From Bdellovibrio sp. (GTDB taxonomy: Bacteria; Bdellovibrionota; Bdellovibrionia; Bdellovibrionales; Bdellovibrionaceae): DNA of 64,000 bases. The notes under the pieces were generated by a model. That model was not told where the DNA came from, searched no databases, and was given only the letters and a program-made list of their open reading frames with translations. This document shows positions 56,001-64,000 of this stretch, in pieces. How positions within the stretch are numbered: the stretch's first letter is position 1; each line of letters begins with the position of its first letter. The stretch covers positions 288,001-352,000 of the forward strand of contig JAKFCY010000002.1 in the NCBI GenBank assembly GCA_036676395.1, read 5' to 3'. The position numbers and the translations under genes were made by a program.

Positions 56001-56656
56001 TTGTGAAATACGCAGATCATTTACCAAACGTTTTAAAAGGCGTTACCTTTACCATTCAATCAGGCGCTCGCGCTGGTGTTGTGGGTCGTACGGGTTCAGG
56101 TAAGTCGACTTTATTTCAAACGGTGTATCGCTTTGTCGGTTATTACAAAGGTGAAATTTTAATTGATGGGCTAGCGATTGATAAAGTTCCACTTGAAATG
56201 CTTCGCCAAAATTTAGCCGTGATCCCACAAGATCCATCGTTATTTATGGGAAGCCTTCGTTCAAACATTGATCGCTATAGCCAGGCAACAGATGTCGATG
56301 TCTGGGCCGTGTTAGACAAAGTGGGCTTAAAACCTTTTGTGCAAACCTTACCAGGGCAGCTGACTCACCATGTGACTGAAAATGGCTCTAATCTTTCACA
56401 AGGGCAGCGTCAGTTGACTTGTTTAGCCAGAGCGCTACTGATGAAAGTAAAAATTATTTTCTTAGATGAAGCTACAGCAAGTGTGGATTTAGAAACCGAT
56501 GCACTTATTCAGCAAGTGATTCGTACTTCATTGGATGGCATTACTCTTGTTACTATTGCCCACAGGCTTTCTACACTTAAAGATTACGATCAGATCATCG
56601 AATTACAAAACGGCCAAGTTGTTAGATCCGGCGCCATCCGTAACACGGATTTGTAA
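53024..56656 (+). CDS. Full-length ABCC/MRP-like ABC exporter (TMD-NBD-TMD-NBD)
   Basis: GAVGSGKS, GEKGVNLSGGQKQR, LLDDPLSAVD; FFDSTPIGRILQRFSRD, SVERL; GRTGSGKS, LSQGQRQL, LDEATASVD. Confidence 0.92.
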   Translation: MPFRKLIFSQASGLINLGAKRIVDVKDKLELPELLSAYNPDIDKADIDWSTNKTLYKSLFRNNKSILFKSVSFQVVASLFSFATPVLIHNFISGLQVGDWSQDHVLVLMAYAIGFGLCGAGNGIAIQHYFFHTLNFFQVTTNIVNKKIFTHALKLSSRAKQKYQVGDIVNFMSSDTDALGDAAIVTIDLSNAVLLLVGCSALLFYYIGWSAIGAVAVMAVLIPLTQRLAKKFVHMEEEMMAQRDSRMTLMTQILNSIRVVKYFSWEKSVQDEVTEVRNKEISARFKLAKSEILWGLIYASISTVVLFVALTIHHFRGQTIDLALVLTCISIFSLMEDHFGGLSRFISRLMNVFVSGRRITEFVKSETVDSFAPTAENPELAGEHVVVKDLHFGYDVKTTLFNNLSFTLKQGESLAIIGAVGSGKSTILQLFLKEIAPTSGIIHLSNKYRRAYIPQEAYIVNSTLKENLFFGEDQDQAVLDRAIQLSCLRADINLLPKGTDTEIGEKGVNLSGGQKQRVSLARAVIAKPDVILLDDPLSAVDPHTEKLLCDQLIFGEWKNKTRIMATHRISQLERFDKILFLIDGHYQIGTYQELIEKSPEFKKYLEIEKQNQKHEIEIQKSTQVTEVSAPNADSDGRMTVDEDREIGSVKADIYMTYIKSLGGDSPRRNIFIGLLFLGAIVHVSAPMMQRAWLTQMSGKVDALMLVMGYGAFGLFTMLLTFMNNYQWTYRGVSAGRLMHDKMLKSILKSQIRFFDSTPIGRILQRFSRDVESVDIHLQWTFDNAIHSLFNVLSAFILIVIALPVSLFVLTPVFFIYYSIQHRYRRVAREVKRLDSTARSPRYAHFKETLQGLTVIRSFNSQEWFTKEFLQKLNFSTEMFYTHYMVNRWFSSRLPLIGATISMTTAMAVIYASSKGWLTAGLAGLVTLYALEFWRHLNWGVRIFSDLESRMTSVERLEFYTNLPAEKDEVNLIDFQRIHPKWPSSGTLEFKNVFVKYADHLPNVLKGVTFTIQSGARAGVVGRTGSGKSTLFQTVYRFVGYYKGEILIDGLAIDKVPLEMLRQNLAVIPQDPSLFMGSLRSNIDRYSQATDVDVWAVLDKVGLKPFVQTLPGQLTHHVTENGSNLSQGQRQLTCLARALLMKVKIIFLDEATASVDLETDALIQQVIRTSLDGITLVTIAHRLSTLKDYDQIIELQNGQVVRSGAIRNTDL

Positions 56657-56732
56657 ATCATTTATATTTAGAATTATTCGCACAGCCTCTTTGCTTAGGA
56701 ACTTTCCTGAAACCAAACAAAGAGGTGAAAAA

Positions 56733-57797
56733 ATGAAACATAAAACTTGGATCAGTTATTTAGCATTAGCGGTTGTGATGACCGGCTGCCTTAAAGTGCA
56801 AAATAAAAATGAAGTCGCGGCTAAGGCTGCGCCGAAAGCCAAACAACCACTAGTGCAAGCTCAAGCACAAATCACCCGGGCCTTGCGCTTGGATGACGTA
56901 TTTGTCGAGCCAGTGGGTTTGAATCAACCAAATATCTATGATTTAAATTTTTCTTGGCCTCAAACGAAAGACCGTCTTCGTTTAACAGCGAATAGCAAAG
57001 TGTTAACGGTTATTGATACCAAAGAAACTTTTCAGTGGACGATGTCACGTTTGCAAGGTGGGGCAAAATTTGAATTGCTCATCGAAATTCTTGATGGCGA
57101 AGGTCACATTATAACTTCTGAAGTTCGTCAGATTGAAATTCCAAAAGATTATGTGTTTCCGAAATCATTACGTTTAACAAATCATATGAAAATTCAAAAC
57201 CATCGGGTTTTTATGAGTGATTCGGTGATAACGACTGAAAATTTCAATTTAGAAATCCAGTCAAGCCAATTGATTGTTTTAAACAAATCTTACATTCAAA
57301 GTTATGCAAATGAGACGAAAGCTAAAATTGGTTCTGCGGGTCGAAGTGCAGGTTCAATTCGTATCGAAGCCAACGTTGCAGAAGGTGATTTAGATATCAC
57401 CATGAATTCTGAAGCGGGCGGCGATGGCTTAAAAGGTTACGAATCTCCACAGTGTGGTTTTGATGCAGGAATTGGTTGTAACATCGGAAAAATTCATTGC
57501 CCTCAAGGTGGTCTTGGGTATCCTGCGGGCAATAACGGAAATTTATTTGTTAAAATTAAAGATATCGCAAATTTCAAATTATATTCGCAAGAACAATTAA
57601 GTTTAGGCGGTCGCAACGGCCCATCTATGGATGAAAGCACGCCTGCTGATTATCCAGTGGTGACTTCGCAATTTATCAATAAGAACACTTACACTTGCAC
57701 TCCTCGCCAAGGGGCACCACCGCGTGGGACAGATGCGGTTCCAGGAAAAATCTGTTTAATGTTTTCTGGTTCAGTGCCAGAACACGGCTGCGAATAA
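56733..57797 (+). CDS. Putative lipoprotein with Gly-rich beta-solenoid-like C-terminus
   Basis: SD GAGGTG; lipobox MTGC; G.x.G..AG..RI repeats. Confidence 0.75.
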   Translation: MKHKTWISYLALAVVMTGCLKVQNKNEVAAKAAPKAKQPLVQAQAQITRALRLDDVFVEPVGLNQPNIYDLNFSWPQTKDRLRLTANSKVLTVIDTKETFQWTMSRLQGGAKFELLIEILDGEGHIITSEVRQIEIPKDYVFPKSLRLTNHMKIQNHRVFMSDSVITTENFNLEIQSSQLIVLNKSYIQSYANETKAKIGSAGRSAGSIRIEANVAEGDLDITMNSEAGGDGLKGYESPQCGFDAGIGCNIGKIHCPQGGLGYPAGNNGNLFVKIKDIANFKLYSQEQLSLGGRNGPSMDESTPADYPVVTSQFINKNTYTCTPRQGAPPRGTDAVPGKICLMFSGSVPEHGCE

Positions 57798-58979
57798 TTA
57801 ATCTAACGGAGCCGGTAATGATTTATCGGCTTTCGCGCCAAGTTCTTTTAGTTTTTCAACTTGTGAGATTAAATTTCCACGGCCTGAATTCATTTTTCCC
57901 ATAATTTCAGTGTGAATTTTTTGAGTCGAATTCAAACGCTCACCCATAGTATCTAAATCTTTTACGATCGCTGCAAATTTGTCATACAACTCGCCACCGC
58001 GTTTAGCGATTTCGAGAGCATTTCTTTGCTGTTTATCCTGTTTCCATAAAGCAGCTACTGTACGAAGTGTTGCTAACAACGTTGTAGGGCTTACGATCGC
58101 TACGTTTTTTGTCCAGGCTTGTTCGAATAATTCTGGTTTTAATTTAAACGCTAATGCAAATGCAGGTTCAAGCGGCATAAATAACATCACAAAATCTGGT
58201 GATACGATTTCGTTAGCTAAGTGATATTTTTTTTCTGATAAACCATTGATATGACGTTTTAAAGATTCAACATGCAGATCAGCGTGTTTCTGACGAATTA
58301 CTTCATCTTCAGCCGAGCTATAGCCTTCGTATGCTGAAAGCGTCACTTTAGAATCGATGATTAAGTGTTTTCCGTCGGGAAGTCTTACGATCACGTCTGG
58401 GCGCAGGATTTCGCCTTCAGAGCCGCGTACGGTTTCTTGCACAAAATACTCTTCACCTTTTCTAAGACCAGAACGCTCTAAAATATTTTCTAAAATCATC
58501 TCGCCCCAATTACCTTGGGTTTTGTTTTCACCTTTAAGGGCGGTCACAAGATTTTGCGCGTCTTTTGACATGGTCGTGTTCAATTCAATCAATTTACCGA
58601 TTTCGCCGCGTAAATGGCCGCGTTCGGCTCTTTCTTGTGAATAAGTATCTTCGACTTTTTTCTCGAAATCTTTAATGCGTTCTTTTAAGGGATCTAACAA
58701 AGTTGATAATTGTTTATGATTTTGATCAGAGAGTTTACCAGATTTATCTTCAAAGATTTTTTGCGCTAAGTTTTCAAATTGCATGGTCATGCGATTTTGC
58801 ATTTCTTGCGTCGTGGTTTTTTGTTGTTCAGTTAATGTCTTTTGTTGTTCAGAAAGGGCTTTTTCAACATCAAACTTATTGCGCCAGATTTCAGCTTGAA
58901 TGCGCATCTTTGAATACACAGCAAAACCGATAATTGCACCACCAGCGATAAATGCAGCTATTGCGATAATGTAGTTCAT
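57798..58979 (-). CDS. rmuC: DNA recombination protein RmuC
   Basis: GNWGEMILE, RPDVIV.LP, IIDSKV, DFVMLFMP.E and SPTTLLATL motifs. Confidence 0.95.
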   Translation of the reverse strand: MNYIIAIAAFIAGGAIIGFAVYSKMRIQAEIWRNKFDVEKALSEQQKTLTEQQKTTTQEMQNRMTMQFENLAQKIFEDKSGKLSDQNHKQLSTLLDPLKERIKDFEKKVEDTYSQERAERGHLRGEIGKLIELNTTMSKDAQNLVTALKGENKTQGNWGEMILENILERSGLRKGEEYFVQETVRGSEGEILRPDVIVRLPDGKHLIIDSKVTLSAYEGYSSAEDEVIRQKHADLHVESLKRHINGLSEKKYHLANEIVSPDFVMLFMPLEPAFALAFKLKPELFEQAWTKNVAIVSPTTLLATLRTVAALWKQDKQQRNALEIAKRGGELYDKFAAIVKDLDTMGERLNSTQKIHTEIMGKMNSGRGNLISQVEKLKELGAKADKSLPAPLD

Positions 58980-59077
58980 TTTAACCCCTTACAAGCCTGT
59001 TGGCCCTGCTGTGACAATATAAGTTATTTCATTGATAAAAAGCTGCAATTTTCTTAAGTTTCGCTATAAGTTAAGCT

Positions 59078-59329
59078 ATGAATTTAAAAAAATTAGCTCT
59101 TGGTGTTATTGCGATCGTTGCTCTCTTAATTTTAGGGTACTTTATGCAGCAAAACAAATCAAATACGCGCAAAATTTGTACACCTGTCGCCGACAAAGTG
59201 GTCTGTCAGGAATGCTCTTGCCCGATGGGTCAACCGATTCCTTCAAACACTCCTCCTGTTCCAGGGATGAATAGCTCAGTAGCTTGTCCCGATGGCGCAA
59301 CCCCAACTTGTAAACAACTGGAGAACTAG
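59078..59329 (+). CDS. Small membrane-anchored Cys-rich protein
   Basis: N-terminal TM, six Cys; ends 3 bp before menA. Confidence 0.6.
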   Translation: MNLKKLALGVIAIVALLILGYFMQQNKSNTRKICTPVADKVVCQECSCPMGQPIPSNTPPVPGMNSSVACPDGATPTCKQLEN

Positions 59330-59332
59330 GCC

Positions 59333-60217
59333 ATGGCACAATCAACTTTTCAATCTTGGGTGTTAGCAGCTCGTCCGAAAACTTTATCTGCGGCTGTGGT
59401 TCCGGTTTTAGCAACGATTGGTTTAGTGAATAGTTTAAAATTACCAATTCAATGGTGGATCATCGCCTTTGCTTTACTTTCTAGTTTCTGTATTCAAATC
59501 GGAACTAATTTTGTGAATGATGCCATGGATTTTAAAAAAGGTGCGGATAACGAAAAACGTTTAGGCCCTATGCGCGTCACGCAGCAAAAGATTTTTACAT
59601 TTAAACAAGTGATGATGATGGCCACAGGATTTTTTGTTCTTGCGATGGCCTTTGGCATACCATTAGTGATTCATGGTGGCTGGCCGATTGTAGTTATCGG
59701 ATTATTGTCAGTGTTAATGGGTTATGCCTATACTTCTGGGCCAGTGCCGTTGGCGTATTTTGGTTTAGGTGACCTGTTTGTAATTATCTTTTTTGGTTTA
59801 GTGGCTGTGGGTGGTTTGTTTTTTCTGCAAACTGGCACTTACACGTTGGATGCGTTTGTTCTTGGATTACAGATCGGCTTTTTAAGCACGATTTTAATCG
59901 CCATTAATAATTTACGCGATATTCACACAGATAAAGAAGTGAATAAAAAAACTCTGGCAGTGCGCTTAGGTGTTACTGGCGCTAAAATCTGGATCATATT
60001 TTTAGTGGTAGCTCCGTTCTTGCTGGGTTATTACTGGCTAAATCAACAAAAGTATTGGCTTTATATTTTGCCAACAATGTCGTTACCACTGGGATTATCA
60101 GTGGTGAAAAAAATTATCAGCACGGCACCTTCAGCTGAATATAATCGATTTTTAGCTAAGTCTGCAGCTTACGGGATGATCTTTAGCTTAGGCTTTATGA
60201 TTGGATCATTTGTTTAA
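59333..60217 (+). CDS. menA: 1,4-dihydroxy-2-naphthoate polyprenyltransferase
   Basis: ARPKTL, QIGTNFVND..DF.KGAD and NNLRD..TD...KKTLAVRLG motifs. Confidence 0.95.
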   Translation: MAQSTFQSWVLAARPKTLSAAVVPVLATIGLVNSLKLPIQWWIIAFALLSSFCIQIGTNFVNDAMDFKKGADNEKRLGPMRVTQQKIFTFKQVMMMATGFFVLAMAFGIPLVIHGGWPIVVIGLLSVLMGYAYTSGPVPLAYFGLGDLFVIIFFGLVAVGGLFFLQTGTYTLDAFVLGLQIGFLSTILIAINNLRDIHTDKEVNKKTLAVRLGVTGAKIWIIFLVVAPFLLGYYWLNQQKYWLYILPTMSLPLGLSVVKKIISTAPSAEYNRFLAKSAAYGMIFSLGFMIGSFV

Positions 60218-62232
60218 TGAAACGCAATGACCAGAGCCTGCAGATTTGGATTCATTATTATACGCTTAAGCGTAAAATGAAACCTAATGCGGCGACTTCG
60301 GCTCTCGTTCAAGAGGGCGCATTAATTAAAATTCAAGATGAGTTTGGCAATGACGGATTTTCTGATCTTTGCCCGTGGCCAAGTTTAGGAGATGCTCCGC
60401 TTGGTGAAGAGCTGGCTTCGCAAGGACCACTTTATCAGCGGGCCATTGAATTAGCGCTTTTAGATTTACAGGCTCGCAAAGATAAAAAAGTTTTAGTGAC
60501 CAGTGATAAAGTTAAGAATAATATTTTAATTGCTGATTTTCGTGAGCTTGAAAGGGATTTTGATTTTTCTAAAGTCACAGTAAAAATCAAGGGCAGCGAG
60601 CACATTTATGAATTTGCTCAAGTATTAGTTGAAAATGTTCAGCGCTTTAAAACAATTCGTATAGATTTTAATAACTGTATCAGTGAATTTCAATTTTCAG
60701 AGTTTTTGAATTTATTAAGCAATGAAGTCTTACAAAAAATTGAATACATCGAAGATCCATTCTTTTTTCATCGTGACCAATGGAACCAATATTCAGCCAC
60801 AGTCAAACTAGCTTTAGACTGGAAACAAGCCGAAGGGCAAAGCTGGAGTCATCGTATCTGGAAGCCTTCACGCGAAGAAAAAATGAATTGTCAGGATTTT
60901 TCGATCACTTCAAGTATGGAACATCCGGTAGGAGTAGTTCACGGATTACATTTTGCCCAAAAGTACCCTGAAAAAACCCATGGATTTTTAACTTTACCGC
61001 TGTATGAAGACACTGAGTTTTCGCGGTATTTTACTATCGACCAAGATCATTTAACTTATCAAGCTGACGGTTATGGTATTGGTTTTACGACAGTATTAAA
61101 CAAACTCAATTGGATGCCAGCTTTTGACGGGGATAATTTTTTACTTTGTAATCACCGTGCCAGTGTTCAGGAAAAAAGTGATCTCTTTAAAATTAAAAAA
61201 CTTTTTAGCGAAAAAACCGCCGCTGCTGATTTTGTTTTAATTCCCAGCAGTGGTTCTACGCAAAACTCACAAGAATCAATCAAAGTTGTCGCTCTAAGTG
61301 AGCAGGCTTTGATTAATTCAGCCAAACGGGTAAATAATATTTTTAATGTGAATGAAAGTTCGATTTGGGGCTGCGTTCTGCCGATGTTTCATGTCGGTGG
61401 TTTGGGAATTTTAATGCGGGCCTATGCCGCAGGATCGATAATACGTTACACGTCCTGGGAACAGTTTAATCCAGATTGGATTAACGAAAATCGCATAACT
61501 CATATTTCGCTTGTGCCGACCCAAATTTTTGAAATCGTGCAAAAAAAATGGCGAGCTCCGGCTTTTGTGCAGACAGTTTTTGTCGGCGGTGCAGAACTTA
61601 ATTTAGATTTAGCCACACAGGCAAAAGCTTTAGGTTGGCCGATCGTGCAAACATTTGGCATGACTGAAACAGCTTCAATGATTGCCGTTAAAAAAAATAT
61701 TAATAACGAATACTTTGAAACCTTACCTAACGTTGAAATTAGTTCTGATAACGGCCGTTTAAAAATTAAATCTGATTCAAATGCCAGTTATATTTTAAAA
61801 TTAAATTTAAATACCCAGGATTTGATCTGTGAAAAAATACCTGAATGGATTACGACCCAGGATCAGGTCGAAATTTCAGGAAACAAGTTTAAATTTTTAC
61901 AGCGCGAATCTGATTTTGTTAAAATCAAAGGCGAAGGTGTCTCGTTAGCAGAACTTCGTCAAACCTTGCTCAAACTAAATATTAGTCCTAATCATGCTAC
62001 AATCTGTGATCTGCCCGATGCGCGTGATGGCGCAAGTCTGGTGTTAGTCGTGACACAAGAGCAAAACGTAAATGAAATCTTGTCAAAATATAATGCGCTA
62101 GCTCGCCCGTATGAAAAAATCTATAGCTATATCGAGGTTACTGAATTTCCTGTGACTGATTTAGGTAAAATCAAATACACTTTATTAAAAGAAGCGATAA
62201 AGGATCAACATGTTAAAAAATTACAATCCTAA
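60217..62232 (+). CDS. Fused o-succinylbenzoate synthase (MenC-like) / OSB-CoA ligase (MenE-like)
   Basis: Enolase-like KIKG, RIDFN, YIEDP, LALD and WKP motifs; AMP-binding SSGST, LPMFHVGGL, SLVPTQ, FGMTETAS and GKI motifs. Confidence 0.8.
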   Translation: MKRNDQSLQIWIHYYTLKRKMKPNAATSALVQEGALIKIQDEFGNDGFSDLCPWPSLGDAPLGEELASQGPLYQRAIELALLDLQARKDKKVLVTSDKVKNNILIADFRELERDFDFSKVTVKIKGSEHIYEFAQVLVENVQRFKTIRIDFNNCISEFQFSEFLNLLSNEVLQKIEYIEDPFFFHRDQWNQYSATVKLALDWKQAEGQSWSHRIWKPSREEKMNCQDFSITSSMEHPVGVVHGLHFAQKYPEKTHGFLTLPLYEDTEFSRYFTIDQDHLTYQADGYGIGFTTVLNKLNWMPAFDGDNFLLCNHRASVQEKSDLFKIKKLFSEKTAAADFVLIPSSGSTQNSQESIKVVALSEQALINSAKRVNNIFNVNESSIWGCVLPMFHVGGLGILMRAYAAGSIIRYTSWEQFNPDWINENRITHISLVPTQIFEIVQKKWRAPAFVQTVFVGGAELNLDLATQAKALGWPIVQTFGMTETASMIAVKKNINNEYFETLPNVEISSDNGRLKIKSDSNASYILKLNLNTQDLICEKIPEWITTQDQVEISGNKFKFLQRESDFVKIKGEGVSLAELRQTLLKLNISPNHATICDLPDARDGASLVLVVTQEQNVNEILSKYNALARPYEKIYSYIEVTEFPVTDLGKIKYTLLKEAIKDQHVKKLQS

Positions 62233-62521
62233 ATTTACCAAAGGCAGTCTGTTTATCTGTACAAAATGTGGTAAGGATTTTTCTGATCCAAAACCAGAAC
62301 GCGCTGAAAAATTAAAATCTGAATTGCGTTCTGATTTAAAAGAATTCGATGCTCACAAAAAAATTCGCGTAATGACCAGTGGTTGTTTGGGTTTGTGTGA
62401 AAAAGACGAACAAACTTTTGCGTACTATCCAAATTACGGCGAAATGGAAATGTTATCGACGTCTGACGATTTCAAAACAGCTAAGAACGATATTTTAAAT
62501 TTTATCAAAACTAAGGTTTAA
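62210..62521 (+). CDS. Thioredoxin-like (2Fe-2S) ferredoxin domain protein
   Basis: FICTKC...SGCLGLC. Confidence 0.7.
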   Translation: MLKNYNPKFTKGSLFICTKCGKDFSDPKPERAEKLKSELRSDLKEFDAHKKIRVMTSGCLGLCEKDEQTFAYYPNYGEMEMLSTSDDFKTAKNDILNFIKTKV

Positions 62522-62526
62522 GAGAT

Positions 62527-62970
62527 TTAAGTACCGAATCGTGATGCGTTTTCAGCATCTTCAGCAGCAATAGTTTCGATCTCTTCTTTGCTCCACAATT
62601 TACCCTTACCAACGCCGGGGCAGAACGAAGCCACTTCGCCTTTCCAAGCTTTTGGTGTCATTACTTCTGGCCAAAAAGGCCATGTGCGGCACTGAGTAGG
62701 GCGTGCTTCATAGGTTGAGCAGCGCTTGTTTTTTAGGAACATGCAATCGGGCTGTTTTGGGTCTTCTTTAAGATGCCAAACGCCATCTTTCATATCGCAG
62801 TACTGACGGGTAAAAGCTGCGGTAGAAATGTTCAGATGTTTTGCAAATCGTCTTCGATCTTCTAAAGTTAAAAAGACAAAACCGAATTCGCCATGGGATG
62901 TGCAGCAGTTGCCTGATCCCTGACATTCGAACTTCAAACCATCTTCATAAAAAGGGCGTTTTATTGACAT
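62527..62970 (-). CDS. YkgJ/CxxCxxCC family cysteine-cluster protein
   Basis: FECQGSGNCC, CMFL...CSTYEARPTQCRTWPFW and CPG motifs. Confidence 0.88.
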   Translation of the reverse strand: MSIKRPFYEDGLKFECQGSGNCCTSHGEFGFVFLTLEDRRRFAKHLNISTAAFTRQYCDMKDGVWHLKEDPKQPDCMFLKNKRCSTYEARPTQCRTWPFWPEVMTPKAWKGEVASFCPGVGKGKLWSKEEIETIAAEDAENASRFGT

Positions 62971-63006
62971 GAATCTAGTCTATGTCTATACCGTTCATTT
63001 GAATAT

Positions 63007-63948
63007 ATGAATTTGAAAATTTTCAGTCCAAAAGACTTTCCAGCTTATTTGCCTAAATTGAACTCGCTTTACGATGACCTGTTTGCAGGTGGTAAAGGGT
63101 TTAGGTCAAAACTTGTGCAAATGGTCAGTAATCCACTGGTTCTACCTGCTGAAACACAGCAACTTTTATGTCAGACGATCGAGTTCGTTCATAATGCCTC
63201 GCTTTTGCATGATGATTTGATTGATCGCTCGCAATTACGCCGCGGAAAACCTGCCGCATGGGCTAAATACACTCCTGAATACGCTGTTCTTGCTGGCGAT
63301 TATTTATTAGCGCGCGTGATGGTGAACTTGTCTTCTTTTGGCAATATCAAGTTGGTTCAATTTACCTCTGAAACAATTTCAGATTTATTAGAAGGTGAAT
63401 GGTTACAAGATTCTGTTGTCGGAGATTTTTTTGTTTCATTAGAACAATTAGACCGTATTCATAATTTAAAAACGGCTTCGTTATTTAAGTGGTGCTTGCG
63501 GGCTCCATTTATGGCGGCGGGTAATAACGACGAAGAATTGCATCGTACCCTTGATGAAATGGGCACCATCTTGGGCCAATTGTTTCAGCGCAGTGATGAT
63601 TTATTAGATTACGATATTCGTAACGATGAAGGTAAAGCAATTTTGGGAGACCTTAAATCAGGTTACTTAAATTCATTCGGGGCTTTCGTTACGCGCGATA
63701 TGACGCGTGCACAAATTGATCAAATGGTGAAATCATCAGATCTTAATGAGTACTATCAATGTTTTGCCGGCGGCGAAAAAGAATTTCAAAGCTACGTGCA
63801 AAAATTCGATGCGGTAAATGAAAAGATGATTCAGCTTTATGATCATCATCTTATTCAATTAGAAAAGAAAATTCAAAAACCTGAACTGATTAAATCTTTA
63901 AAACCGTTAACCGAAATTTTATACTGGCGCAGAAAGCCTAAAGCGTGA
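63007..63948 (+). CDS. Polyprenyl diphosphate synthase family protein
   Basis: GGKGFR, HNASLLHDDLIDRS..RRG, AGDYL, KTASLF and FQ..DDLLD motifs. Confidence 0.92.
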   Translation: MNLKIFSPKDFPAYLPKLNSLYDDLFAGGKGFRSKLVQMVSNPLVLPAETQQLLCQTIEFVHNASLLHDDLIDRSQLRRGKPAAWAKYTPEYAVLAGDYLLARVMVNLSSFGNIKLVQFTSETISDLLEGEWLQDSVVGDFFVSLEQLDRIHNLKTASLFKWCLRAPFMAAGNNDEELHRTLDEMGTILGQLFQRSDDLLDYDIRNDEGKAILGDLKSGYLNSFGAFVTRDMTRAQIDQMVKSSDLNEYYQCFAGGEKEFQSYVQKFDAVNEKMIQLYDHHLIQLEKKIQKPELIKSLKPLTEILYWRRKPKA

Positions 63949-64000
63949 GTACGTTCATTACCTTAAAGAAAAAAGATTCTGATTTTCAAAACTATCTTTG
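63945..64000 (+). CDS. Start of the next CDS (truncated by window end)
   Basis: GTG overlaps the upstream TGA (GTGA), and the frame stays open to the window end. Confidence 0.45.
   Translation, partial: MSTFITLKKKDSDFQNYL

Noticed and set aside
56535..56732. Long N-terminal extension of the lipoprotein ORF overlapping the ABC transporter
   Set aside because: The SD and lipoprotein signal indicate a start at 56733.

Overview
AT-rich chromosomal segment, most likely from a predatory Bdellovibrionota bacterium (Bdellovibrio/Pseudobdellovibrio-like). This assignment is inferred from gene content and protein motifs, not from a database search. Core genes include exbB/exbD-type genes, pssA, asd, truA, rplM-rpsI, alaS, pgpA-cinA-recA, lysC, a flagellar cluster (flgFGAHIJMNKL-csrA-fliW), rmuC and menaquinone/prenyl genes. 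Many lineage-type secreted proteins and lipoproteins are interspersed. No rRNA, tRNA, CRISPR array or mobile element was recognised. The main candidate for a new system is at 31920-36201: an OvoA-type non-heme-iron sulfoxide synthase in which a group II PLP decarboxylase replaces the usual methyltransferase domain, coupled to a class-V PLP C-S lyase and divergent from a glutathione peroxidase. It may make a decarboxylated thiohistidine (thiohistamine-like) or a related sulfur metabolite. This cluster lies between paralogous Cys-rich secreted proteins that share a conserved C-terminal tail and near-identical sigma28-like promoters. Other signals: a recurrent TTGAGAC promoter motif, possible leaderless sigma28 transcripts, an unannotated 30-aa ORF divergent from an XRE regulator, a structured 5' leader, an internal lysC beta-subunit start, an internal CFI-box fused to a beta-barrel, and a eukaryote-like ABCC transporter.
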